From Candidatus Bipolaricaulota bacterium (GTDB lineage Bacteria; Patescibacteriota; Patescibacteriia; UBA11705; DATKZF01): a stretch of DNA of 64,000 nt. Below the pieces are notes generated by a model. That model saw only the letters and a program-made list of their open reading frames with translations, did no database searches and had not been told where the DNA came from. The translations under genes and the position numbers were made by a program. Shown here one piece after another: positions 28,214 to 35,311 of this stretch; the stretch's first letter is position 1; every line of letters starts with the position of its first letter. Location of the stretch: contig DATKZF010000003.1 in NCBI GenBank assembly GCA_035528115.1, positions 359,089-423,088 on the forward strand. The letters are read 5' to 3'.

Positions 28214-28753
28214 TTAAAAGTCTTGATCCGGAATCAGGCCGGCAATGCCACCGTTCACTAAACGGCGATGACTGATCTGAACCAGTGGAACCCGGCCCCC
28301 CTTAAATGTCGTGAAACCATGGCGTTGGGTTCTGTCCTCTATTGTCGCCACTCTGCTCCTAACTCGACGCAAATCGTCTTGCAGATCCTCCAACCGACCG
28401 TCAAGTTTCGAGAGATCCTTGCGGAGGCCGTCTTGTCCCTTTCTCACCTCTTCGCGCAGAGCGTCCTGACCCTGCTTCATCTTTCCCAGGTCGTCCGCAA
28501 GGGTTCCCACGCGGGCGTCGAGGTGATCCTGACCCTGCTTCATCTTTCCCAGGTCGTCCGCAAGGGTTCCCACGCGGGCGTCGAGGTGATCCTGACACTG
28601 CTTCATCTTTTCCAGGTCGTCCGCAAGGGTTCCCACGCGGGCGTCGAGGTGATCCTGACACTGCTTCACCTCCTTGCGGAGGGCGTCCTGGCCCGCCTTC
28701 ACTTCCTTGATACCTACTAGAATCTCACTTGTGTTGTCGAATTGCGTTTCCAT
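28214..28753 (-). CDS. coiled-coil protein with three tandem 21-aa repeats (QDHLDARVGTLADDLGKMKQG)
   Basis: Three copies of a 63-nt tandem DNA repeat at about 28440-28640. SD GAGAGGGA lies before the ATG. Architecture resembles the AT-rich ORF 62816..63163. The plus-strand ORF 28268..28720 is its antisense image. Confidence 0.5.
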   Translation of the reverse strand: METQFDNTSEILVGIKEVKAGQDALRKEVKQCQDHLDARVGTLADDLEKMKQCQDHLDARVGTLADDLGKMKQGQDHLDARVGTLADDLGKMKQGQDALREEVRKGQDGLRKDLSKLDGRLEDLQDDLRRVRSRVATIEDRTQRHGFTTFKGGRVPLVQISHRRLVNGGIAGLIPDQDF

Positions 28754-28869
28754 TGTTCAATCCCTCTCGAATTGGGGTGATGACACAAAACAAACAATTT
28801 AAAAATATCATTTATAAATACCAAAGGCAATAGGAAGAAACAACGGAGCTATTTTAAAATAAGCTGGCA

Positions 28870-28898
28870 TTGACAGTTTTTATGGAAAATGATATAAT
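28870..28898 (+). promoter_or_regulatory. sigma70 consensus promoter (TTGACA, 17 nt, TATAAT)
   Basis: Perfect hexamers at 28870-28875 and 28893-28898. Confidence 0.55.
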
Positions 28899-28956
28899 TA
28901 AATGTTGTTTTTCCACAGATTTTGACCTGTTTTCAACCAAGTAAAGGGGGCCTGCC

Positions 28957-29316
28957 ATGAGTGATGAGAGATTCAGCGCAGATGAGTTGGAGGAGTACAG
29001 AGTCTGGGGAAAGAGAATGGCGCGCAGGGCAAGGCAAGCCGACGCGCTGTATGCGCAAGTTGGGGCGGAAGTCAGCGCAAAGGTGGAAGCTGCCGAGCGC
29101 GCGCCAACACTAGAGGCGGTTCACTTCCTTGTCAGTCATTTCAAGCTGACGCCGAAGGAGTGGATGTACCTGTACTGGCGCTACGCTATGCGCCTTCATC
29201 ACAAGGACGTGGCTGTAAAGATGGAAGTGTCCCGCCCGCGCGTGTCACAGCTCGGCCGGGCAGTGCGAGAGAAGATGGGTCTGGAAGGTCTGAGGCTCCT
29301 CGGACGCAACAGCTGA
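28957..29316 (+). CDS. sigma-70 region 4-like helix-turn-helix DNA-binding protein
   Basis: KDVAVKMEVSRPRVSQLGRAVREKMGL resembles the sigma region 4.2 / LuxR-type HTH. The protein is too short for a full ECF sigma factor. SD AAAGGGGG before the ATG. Confidence 0.4.
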   Translation: MSDERFSADELEEYRVWGKRMARRARQADALYAQVGAEVSAKVEAAERAPTLEAVHFLVSHFKLTPKEWMYLYWRYAMRLHHKDVAVKMEVSRPRVSQLGRAVREKMGLEGLRLLGRNS

Positions 29317-29329
29317 CACATTTCACGGT

Positions 29330-29395
29330 CATTTCCGCCGACAGCTCTCATGAGCCATTCGGCAACGCGGATCCAACATCGGGTCCGCTTTTTGA
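29330..29395 (+). terminator. shared terminator-like repeat R2
   Basis: CTCTCATGAGCCATTCGGCAACGCGGATCCAACATCGGGTCCGC plus TTTTTG. The first 50 nt are identical to R1. Confidence 0.5.
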
Positions 29396-29412
29396 TTGAA
29401 TAAAGACTTTAA

Positions 29413-29440
29413 TTGACAATTAGGACGCTTTTATTATACT
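29413..29440 (+). promoter_or_regulatory. sigma70-like promoter (TTGACA, 16 nt, TATACT)
   Basis: Read directly from the sequence. Confidence 0.5.
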
Positions 29441-29486
29441 GAAAGCGAGACCGAGAAAATCTCGGCTAACAAAACAAGAAGGAGGA

Positions 29487-29720
29487 ATGGCGATGAAAGC
29501 GATATGGTATTTAATTGTGTATTTTATTCTACAAGCGTTTTTCACGGGCTTGCTGTATCTTCTTGTGGAGAAAATGTTATCACCGCATAAGATGGACTGG
29601 CCCAGCGAATACGGATGCTACATGTTTCTCCTGATCGTCATCGCAGGTGAACTTGCGACGTTGGGAGGTCTTCTCGTCGTGCATTTCGGAGGTCTTTTTA
29701 GGGATGAGGAGAAGTCTTAA
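29487..29720 (+). CDS. small two-helix membrane protein
   Basis: SD AAGGAGGA before the ATG. 77 aa, hydrophobic. Followed by repeat R3 at 29737-29780. Confidence 0.4.
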   Translation: MAMKAIWYLIVYFILQAFFTGLLYLLVEKMLSPHKMDWPSEYGCYMFLLIVIAGELATLGGLLVVHFGGLFRDEEKS

Positions 29721-29771
29721 AGAAACTACCAGTAACGGTATGCGGATCCAACATCGGGTCCGCTTTTCTTA

Positions 29772-30443
29772 TTATAAAATTTTGGTAGACTCGACTGATT
29801 TGGCTTCCTCGCGTTCTTTAAGCAGATAAATACCAAGATACGACAGCGGCGTGTAAAGCGCGCCCATGGCCACTTTGTACAGCCACCAAGTGATGATGAT
29901 GCTGATCAGGGTGCGAGTCGGATATATGCCCGCGAAAGCGATAATCATGAAAATCGTCGAGTCCAGCAATTGCGACCAAATGTTGGATAAAAGAGACCGC
30001 AACCAAAAAGCCTTTACTCCCAATTTTTCCCGGAAAAAGAAAAATGACAGCACGTCTTGATATTCGGCTATTAAAAAGGCGGTCAGCGACGCGACGCTCA
30101 TGCGAATGGACAGTCCGAAAATTTGATTATAGCCTTGCCTCGCCCATTCCCCATCCGCTGACCAAGGCATGGCCAGTGAGATAAATGAGTAGGCTATGAA
30201 CAAGGCCGCGCTGATGAATCCGGCTAATACAAAGAATTTGGCAAGGCGCTTGCCGAAAACTTCTCCGATGACGTCGGTCATTAAAAATACTACCGGGAAG
30301 GAAAACACGGCCACTGACAGATGCGAGCCGAAAATGAACGGCATCATTTTCAGACCGAGAGTATTGGCCGCAAAAAGCGAGGTGAGATAGATGGTCAACG
30401 CTATAATCAGTTTTTTGAATGATTTTTTGGTGAGATGAATCAT
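29772..30443 (-). CDS. yhhQ: queuosine precursor transporter, YhhQ/VUT family (DUF165)
   Basis: FLMTDVIGEVFG and SQLLDSTIFMIIAF match the family's conserved D/E and Q..DS motifs. Six or more TM helices. Confidence 0.6.
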   Translation of the reverse strand: MIHLTKKSFKKLIIALTIYLTSLFAANTLGLKMMPFIFGSHLSVAVFSFPVVFLMTDVIGEVFGKRLAKFFVLAGFISAALFIAYSFISLAMPWSADGEWARQGYNQIFGLSIRMSVASLTAFLIAEYQDVLSFFFFREKLGVKAFWLRSLLSNIWSQLLDSTIFMIIAFAGIYPTRTLISIIITWWLYKVAMGALYTPLSYLGIYLLKEREEAKSVESTKIL

Positions 30444-30578
30444 ATGGTATTTTTAATTAATAAAAAAACCGCCCGATAAGGCGGGAGTAAATTTCGAAAA
30501 CACCCCGTCCTTATCGGCATAAAAGGCGGGCGTAAATAAATCCTGACCAGGTTTTTATTTTGTTATTGTGGAGCATGT

Positions 30579-30840
30579 TTAAAATTTGGTTGGATGTCCA
30601 TATTTGATCAAATTTTCTTTTTTAATTTTGCTCCAACGTTTTATTTGGTTTTCTCGCTGCATAGCTTCTCTTAATGTATTATATTCTTCAAAGTAAATGA
30701 TTTTTACAGGTCTTCTATATTTTGTATATTTTGCGCCTTTGCCTTCATTGTGTCTTTTTTCTCTTGCTTGAATGTTTAAGCGAGATCCGGTATATAGGGA
30801 GTTATCATTACATCGCGCTATATACATGAAGTGCTTCATT
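30579..30840 (-). CDS. GIY-YIG nuclease superfamily protein (third paralog)
   Basis: MKHFMYIARCNDNSLYTGSRLNIQAREKRHNEG...REAMQRENQIKRW. ORF 30579..31082 trimmed to the ATG at 30838-30840. The upstream part is GC-rich repeat sequence, not coding. Confidence 0.6.
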
Positions 30841-31157
30841 GGGATAAGTAAAATTTTTTTAAGTGCCCCTCGACTTCGCTCGGGACATTCGACTCGTCTG
30901 GTGGTGGAACACCATGAGCGAGTCCGAGATTTCGAGGACGAGTCGAATGGTGGAGCCGAGTAGAGGAAGTTAGAACTTTTTTCGTCGCCGGAGCGCGCAA
31001 TACTGCCGATCCTGGCCGGGTACCTGCAGAGTACCACGACCGCACTGCTCGAGGATGTGCGAGAATATGACCTCGAGCACATGGCGAGAGTTCAGCATCC
31101 GAAGCAGCTCTGTCCAAACTCCTTGCCAGTTCGTAATTGGCCACGACGCAGTATGTA

Positions 31158-31186
31158 TTGACAGCAGATCCTATTAGTGCTAGGAT
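31158..31186 (+). promoter_or_regulatory. sigma70-like promoter (TTGACA, 17 nt, TAGGAT) inside the island
   Basis: TTGACA at 31158-31163. The -10 is imperfect. Confidence 0.3.
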
Positions 31187-31262
31187 ACCATATCCAGCCG
31201 CATCTTTCCCTCCCTTGCGTGCCCACCGAATTCCGGCAGGCAGACATCAGAGGGGAAGGGGG

Positions 31263-31514
31263 ATGGCTATGGGTCTTGCAAAGCATTTGCTACTCTGCGT
31301 AACGCTATTCCTAGCGTTTATGGCATTTTGGTATCTAACGATGGAAGGGTGGGCTAACGGCCAAGAAGGAGTCCAGTCGTGTGGTGGTGGATGCGGACGA
31401 ATTCTGTTTCTTCTGGAGGTCCTCTTGGCACAGACAGGCTCACTTTTGACGATGTGCATACTGCACTGGAGTGGACTGCCTCGTGGCAAGAGGCGAGATT
31501 CTCAGCAGTCCTAG
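31263..31514 (+). CDS. hypothetical small membrane protein (island cargo)
   Basis: SD GAAGGGGGA before the ATG. One or two hydrophobic helices and a CGGGCG motif. Trimmed from ORF 31137..31514. Confidence 0.3.
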   Translation: MAMGLAKHLLLCVTLFLAFMAFWYLTMEGWANGQEGVQSCGGGCGRILFLLEVLLAQTGSLLTMCILHWSGLPRGKRRDSQQS

Positions 31515-31856
31515 TTCCGAAGTTGTTCTGGCGGAACCGATCATCCGTGTTCCGCCTTTTTGTTTTCCCGCAAGAAACTCATGCGGCTTGATGCAATAGA
31601 TGACTCTCGGGTCATCGAACAGATGGGTCGGAAACGCCATTCCGACCCATTTCCATTGAACAGCGCTCATCGACAGCGAAGAAGACCGTCAATTCTTGCG
31701 CCGTCGTAGCCCTGCACGTAGTCGGACCCAATCACAGCGAACGGCAAACTGAGGTTGTCGGACCCGAGGATCCTTGATAGTCGTCGCGCCGACTCAGGAT
31801 CGCGCTCCACGTCGCGGCGACGATAGAATTGGAGCACGGTTGCCCTTCGTCCGCAA

Positions 31857-32360
31857 CTACGCGGAAATGTCTGCCAATTCCAATGACATGCTCGCCGCAA
31901 GATCGCCTGGACTGAATCTCATGCCACAGTACTCATCGCCACCGGCTCCGGTGACCAGCGCTCTCCGAAGAACGTTCCTATCAATGATCCTCCGATCACA
32001 AGACGATACAGCCACCGGCGGGACTCCACCAATACGAAACTGGGTCACCGACTCGATCTGCTGGGGCGTGGCGAATCGAAGTTTCTTGACGCCGACCAGT
32101 TCCGCGACCCTGCGAACGTCCAGTCGGTCAGATCCTAGTATTATGCAAGCGATGAATACATCCTCCCTTGGAGCATGCAAGACGAGTGTCTTGATGATGT
32201 TTTCCGATGCGGTTTCGAGGGCGGCAGAGGCCTGCGAGGTCGTCTTTCCAGACTGCTCGTGCATCATGAACTGGGCCCTCAGACCTACGCAACTTGCCAG
32301 TCTCTTCGCGCGGTCGATGGCTCCGGTGTCCAACTGGCGCTCCTTTCCAATCAGGTTGGC
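31857..32360 (-). CDS. YbaK/ProX-like aminoacyl-tRNA deacylase domain protein (island cargo)
   Basis: IKTLVLHAP...RLDVRRVAELVGVKKLRFATPQQIESVTQFRIGGVPPVA parallels the YbaK KTLV...GGVSP pattern. The 5' end is uncertain: no in-frame ATG at the expected position, so a GTG/TTG start is possible. The ORF-track entry extends to 32642. Confidence 0.45.
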   Translation of the reverse strand, partial: ANLIGKERQLDTGAIDRAKRLASCVGLRAQFMMHEQSGKTTSQASAALETASENIIKTLVLHAPREDVFIACIILGSDRLDVRRVAELVGVKKLRFATPQQIESVTQFRIGGVPPVAVSSCDRRIIDRNVLRRALVTGAGGDEYCGMRFSPGDLAASMSLELADISA

Positions 32361-32934
32361 GTGACAGACTTTGGGCGCACGTCTGAACGGTGGTAGGGGC
32401 GTGACGGACGGGGAGGTCGTGCTTGCACCCACAGCGGCACCCTCGAGGAACGAGGTCAGCGATTGGCCTGTGCCATGCCTCACCTGGCGTTGGGAACATG
32501 TCCGGCCGTCCGTTTCCGCGGGCACGCGGTGTACTCCTCTGCTGGTGTTGTTCATACTACATGCTTGGCCGCCGGTCGTCTTGGCCGCCGGCATTTGTGT
32601 TTCACTCATGCTAATTGTACGGAGATTGCGCATGCTTGTCAACCAGGCATCTCACTGAATTCCTCAAGCCGGCCTGCGTGGGTTCAGCGCAAACGGGGCC
32701 GTTGACAGCCTTCCAGTTCGCTGCTACGAAGACCACAGAGATCTCTGCGCCCGTGCAAAATGGATGGCCCGGTAGCTGCAGGATCGAACTGACGCCCGTC
32801 TTCACGACCTCTCGGGTCTTCCGTTCGCAACGGCCTCGCTCGGTCGCACCGGCCACGCGGAGCGAATGAGACAAGGTCGCAACCATCGCGACGGCATAAG
32901 TGTAGAATATATATACTACGTGAAGATAGATGTT

Positions 32935-32980
32935 AGAGCGAGAGAGATAGACACCTAGGAATGTCTATCTCTCTCGCTCT
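32935..32980. repeat. perfect 19-bp-arm palindrome AGAGCGAGAGAGATAGACA-cctaggaa-TGTCTATCTCTCTCGCTCT
   Basis: Arms at 32935-32953 and 32962-32980 are exact reverse complements. The 8-nt spacer contains CCTAGG. It lies about 350 bp upstream of the serine recombinase gene. Confidence 0.85.
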
Positions 32981-32985
32981 CTATC

Positions 32986-33297
32986 TTGAGTACTCTTGGA
33001 CGAGCCGTGTGCGACCGGGACCGCCTGCCGCTGCATGCTTTCGGTGTCTCCGCCACCCCCTGCCCGGACCAACCCAGGCGCGATACGCTTGTGGTGTTCA
33101 ACTACATGCCATTGACACAAGATGACATCGAGGATCTCAAGGGGCTGCTCAGGGCCGAGTACGGCGAGGAGGTGCCGCACGACGAGGCCTGGGACGTTGG
33201 CCTTTCTCTAGTCGAGCTGTGTCGAGTCGCTCTCCGGCCAGCCCCCGCGGCAAGGGAGTCAGACCCGACTGTGGATAACTCGCAGCTTGCCAAATAG
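32986..33297 (+). CDS. hypothetical small acidic protein upstream of the recombinase (possible accessory/directionality factor)
   Basis: ORF in GC-rich DNA. The segment MPLTQDDIEDLKGLLRAEYGEEVPHDEAWDVGLSLVEL looks protein-like. Low confidence because GC-rich DNA yields many spurious ORFs. Confidence 0.25.
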   Translation: MSTLGRAVCDRDRLPLHAFGVSATPCPDQPRRDTLVVFNYMPLTQDDIEDLKGLLRAEYGEEVPHDEAWDVGLSLVELCRVALRPAPAARESDPTVDNSQLAK

Positions 33298-33337
33298 CCT
33301 GGCCAGCTCTACGATCCACAATGAACGCTCGCCACCT

Positions 33338-34954
33338 ATGAAGCATTGCTATATTTACGCTAGAAAATCGTCGGAGTCCGAGGACCGACAGGTTCTGTCC
33401 ATCGACTCGCAGGTCAGTGAGCTCGAGCAGCTGGCCGTCCGGCTGGGACTGCCGGTCACCCGGGTGTTTTCGGAGTCGAAGTCCGCCAAGACTCCCGGGA
33501 GGCCGGTTTTCACCGACATGCTAGAACGTCTTCGTAATCCAGAGGGGAGCGTGGTGCTGTGTTGGAAACTCGATCGGCTGGCCCGAAACCCGCTTGATGG
33601 CGGGGCAGTGATTTGGGCGGTCGAGGAGCGCCAGATCGGGGAGATCGTCACTCCGGGTCGGACCTTCCGCAACACCGCCGACGACAAGTTCTGGATGCAA
33701 CTCGAATTCGGGATGGCCAAGAAGTACGTGGACGACTTGTCTGACAACATCAAGCGCGGAAACAGGGCCAAGCTCCAGCGCGGCCAGATCCCGGGGCAGG
33801 TCCCCCTCGGCTACACCAAGGACCCCTGCACAGGCGACACGATCCCCGATCCGGAACGGTTCGAGTTGGTTCGGCGCATTTGGCAGCGGCTTGTTGATGG
33901 CCACCGGCCGGCAGAGATCCTGAGGGTCGCCTCGAGCGACTGGGGTCTGCGAACGCGAGGTTCCAAGAGGACCGCGAGCGGGCCGCTATCGCCGTCGTAC
34001 TTCTACCGGTTGCTCTCGAATCCGTTTTACGCCGGCGTGGTTCAGCGTGCGGGCCAGGTCTACGTCGGTGCCCACCAGGCGATGGTCAGCCAACATGAGT
34101 TCGACCTGGCCCAGAGGATGTTGGCGGGCAGGTCCAACTCGAGATCTCAGCGCCACGAGCACACCTACGCCGGGCTACTGCGCTGCGGGGTGTGTGGCCG
34201 CATGTTCACCGGAGAGAGCCACACCAACCGCTACGGATCCACGTACGTGTACTACCGGTGCACTCGAAAGCGGCTGGGTAGCAGGGTGTGCCCCCAGCCC
34301 TACGTGCCCGAGAAGGTCATCGACGAGCAGGTGCTCGACTACCTCGGAAGGCTCTCAGTGCCGAGGCAGTTTGTGGACTGGGCCTGCAAGCGCCTCGAGC
34401 GCCTCGCAGCAGAGGATCAAGCGACCGAGCAGGTGGCGCAGTCGTCGATCGAGAAGGGCCTCGCTGCGGCCCAACGCAAACTCGAGAACCTGACGCAGCT
34501 GCGATTGTCCGAGATGATTGGTGACGAAGAATTCGTACTAGAGCGAGCCAGACTGCTGGACGAGGTCGCCGGTTTCAAGGCCCGCCTGGCCGCGCCCTCG
34601 ACCACGGGTCCCGCGTGGCTGCAGCCCACGAAGGAGGCGCTCGCCCTCGCCTCAAGGGCCGAAAATCTGTATCGCAGTGGACTGAAGGACGACAAACGGA
34701 CCATCCTGCGGGCCATCGGGTCGAACTTCTTCATCAGGGACCGGATTGTGCTAATCCAAGCCAAGAAACCGTTTCGCATTCTGGCCGCCGCCCGCGATTC
34801 CTCCGAGCCCGAGCCACCGCGGGTCGAACCCCGGGATTTTGGCTCAGCCAAACAAAAAAACGAGCCATCGAGTGGTCGTTTTCTCCTGTGGTGGACCCTA
34901 AGGGATTCGAACCCTTGGCCTCCTCCATGCCATGGAGGCGCTCTAGCCAACTGA
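33338..34954 (+). CDS. large serine recombinase (resolvase/invertase catalytic domain, recombinase domain and zinc-ribbon)
   Basis: N-terminal YIYARKSSESEDRQVLSIDSQ carries the catalytic Ser motif. The central region matches the recombinase domain. Zinc ribbon CGVCGRMFTG...YYRCTRKRLGSRVCPQP. Start trimmed to the ATG at 33338. The 3' end overlaps tRNA-Ala, so the true stop is uncertain. Confidence 0.85.
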   Translation: MKHCYIYARKSSESEDRQVLSIDSQVSELEQLAVRLGLPVTRVFSESKSAKTPGRPVFTDMLERLRNPEGSVVLCWKLDRLARNPLDGGAVIWAVEERQIGEIVTPGRTFRNTADDKFWMQLEFGMAKKYVDDLSDNIKRGNRAKLQRGQIPGQVPLGYTKDPCTGDTIPDPERFELVRRIWQRLVDGHRPAEILRVASSDWGLRTRGSKRTASGPLSPSYFYRLLSNPFYAGVVQRAGQVYVGAHQAMVSQHEFDLAQRMLAGRSNSRSQRHEHTYAGLLRCGVCGRMFTGESHTNRYGSTYVYYRCTRKRLGSRVCPQPYVPEKVIDEQVLDYLGRLSVPRQFVDWACKRLERLAAEDQATEQVAQSSIEKGLAAAQRKLENLTQLRLSEMIGDEEFVLERARLLDEVAGFKARLAAPSTTGPAWLQPTKEALALASRAENLYRSGLKDDKRTILRAIGSNFFIRDRIVLIQAKKPFRILAAARDSSEPEPPRVEPRDFGSAKQKNEPSSGRFLLWWTLRDSNPWPPPCHGGALAN

Positions 34955-34965
34955 GCTAAGGGCCC
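34889..34965 (-). tRNA. tRNA-Ala (anticodon GGC), G3:U70, CCA encoded
   Basis: Reverse complement GGGCCCTTAGCTCAGTTGGCTAGAGCGCCTCCATGGCATGGAGGAGGCCAAGGGTTCGAATCCCTTAGGGTCCACCA. Confidence 0.85.
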
Positions 34966-34988
34966 TTGGTTTGGGAATTGGAAACTGA

Positions 34989-35063
34989 TGGTGGGCGCAG
35001 GAGGACTCGAACCTCCAACCAATGGCTTAAGAGGCCACTGCTCTACCATTGAGCTATGCGCCC
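34989..35063 (-). tRNA. tRNA-Lys (anticodon CTT), CCA encoded
   Basis: Reverse complement GGGCGCATAGCTCAATGGTAGAGCAGTGGCCTCTTAAGCCATTGGTTGGAGGTTCGAGTCCTCCTGCGCCCACCA. Confidence 0.8.
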
Positions 35064-35068
35064 GAGAC

Positions 35069-35145
35069 TGGTGCAGCCGGAAGGATTTGAACCCTCAACC
35101 CCTTGGTCCGAAGCCAAGTGCTCTATCCAGTTGAGCTACGACTGC
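35069..35145 (-). tRNA. tRNA-Arg (anticodon TCG), CCA encoded
   Basis: Reverse complement GCAGTCGTAGCTCAACTGGATAGAGCACTTGGCTTCGGACCAAGGGGTTGAGGGTTCAAATCCTTCCGGCTGCACCA. Confidence 0.75.
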
Positions 35146-35151
35146 ATTAGA

Positions 35152-35209
35152 AATAAACCTTGCCTGTCCGCCGAAGCTCCGAGCATAGCGAGGAGCGAAG
35201 GCGGAAGCT
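35152..35209. repeat. GC-rich insert (family shared with 17880-17945) flanked by a 16-nt direct repeat AGCTACGACTGCATTA that duplicates the tRNA-Arg 5' end
   Basis: Direct repeats at 35135-35150 and 35207-35222. Insert core CTTGCCTGTCCGCCGAAGCTCCGAGCATAGCGAGGAGCGAAGGCGG resembles GCTCCGACGAGCGGAGCGAGGAGGAGCGAAGGC next to tRNA-Gly. Confidence 0.55.
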
Positions 35210-35311
35210 ACGACTGCATTAAAAATGTTGACAATAGATTAACATTCGACTCGTTTTTTGGCAAGTCCGAGGCAATAAAAACTTAAGCAGCTTTGCCTAA
35301 GTTTTTCGGCA

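Larger units (their letters stand above)
30850..34965. mobile_element. GC-rich (about 60% GC) integrative island inserted at a tRNA-Ala/Lys/Arg cluster, carrying a large serine recombinase
   Basis: Abrupt compositional shift at about 30850 and about 34890. The recombinase ORF runs into tRNA-Ala. The left border has a repeat ending in GGCTCCACCA-like sequence. Confidence 0.65.

Noticed and set aside
28268-28720. Plus-strand 150-aa ORF overlapping the tandem 63-nt repeats
   Set aside because: It is the antisense reading of the repeat array. The minus-strand product is a coherent heptad-like coiled coil with a ribosome-binding site, while the plus-strand product is low-complexity.
30940-31020. 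Residual tRNA gene at the left island border (…GGCTCCACCA)
   Set aside because: Only the last roughly 13 nt resemble a tRNA-Ala 3' end and there is no T-arm (GTTCGA…) upstream. It is treated as a possible att-site remnant and repeat, not a tRNA.
31774-32364. Plus-strand 196-aa ORF inside the GC-rich island
   Set aside because: GC-rich DNA creates long spurious ORFs. The overlapping minus-strand frame has recognisable YbaK-like motifs, whereas this frame has no recognisable family and starts with TTG.
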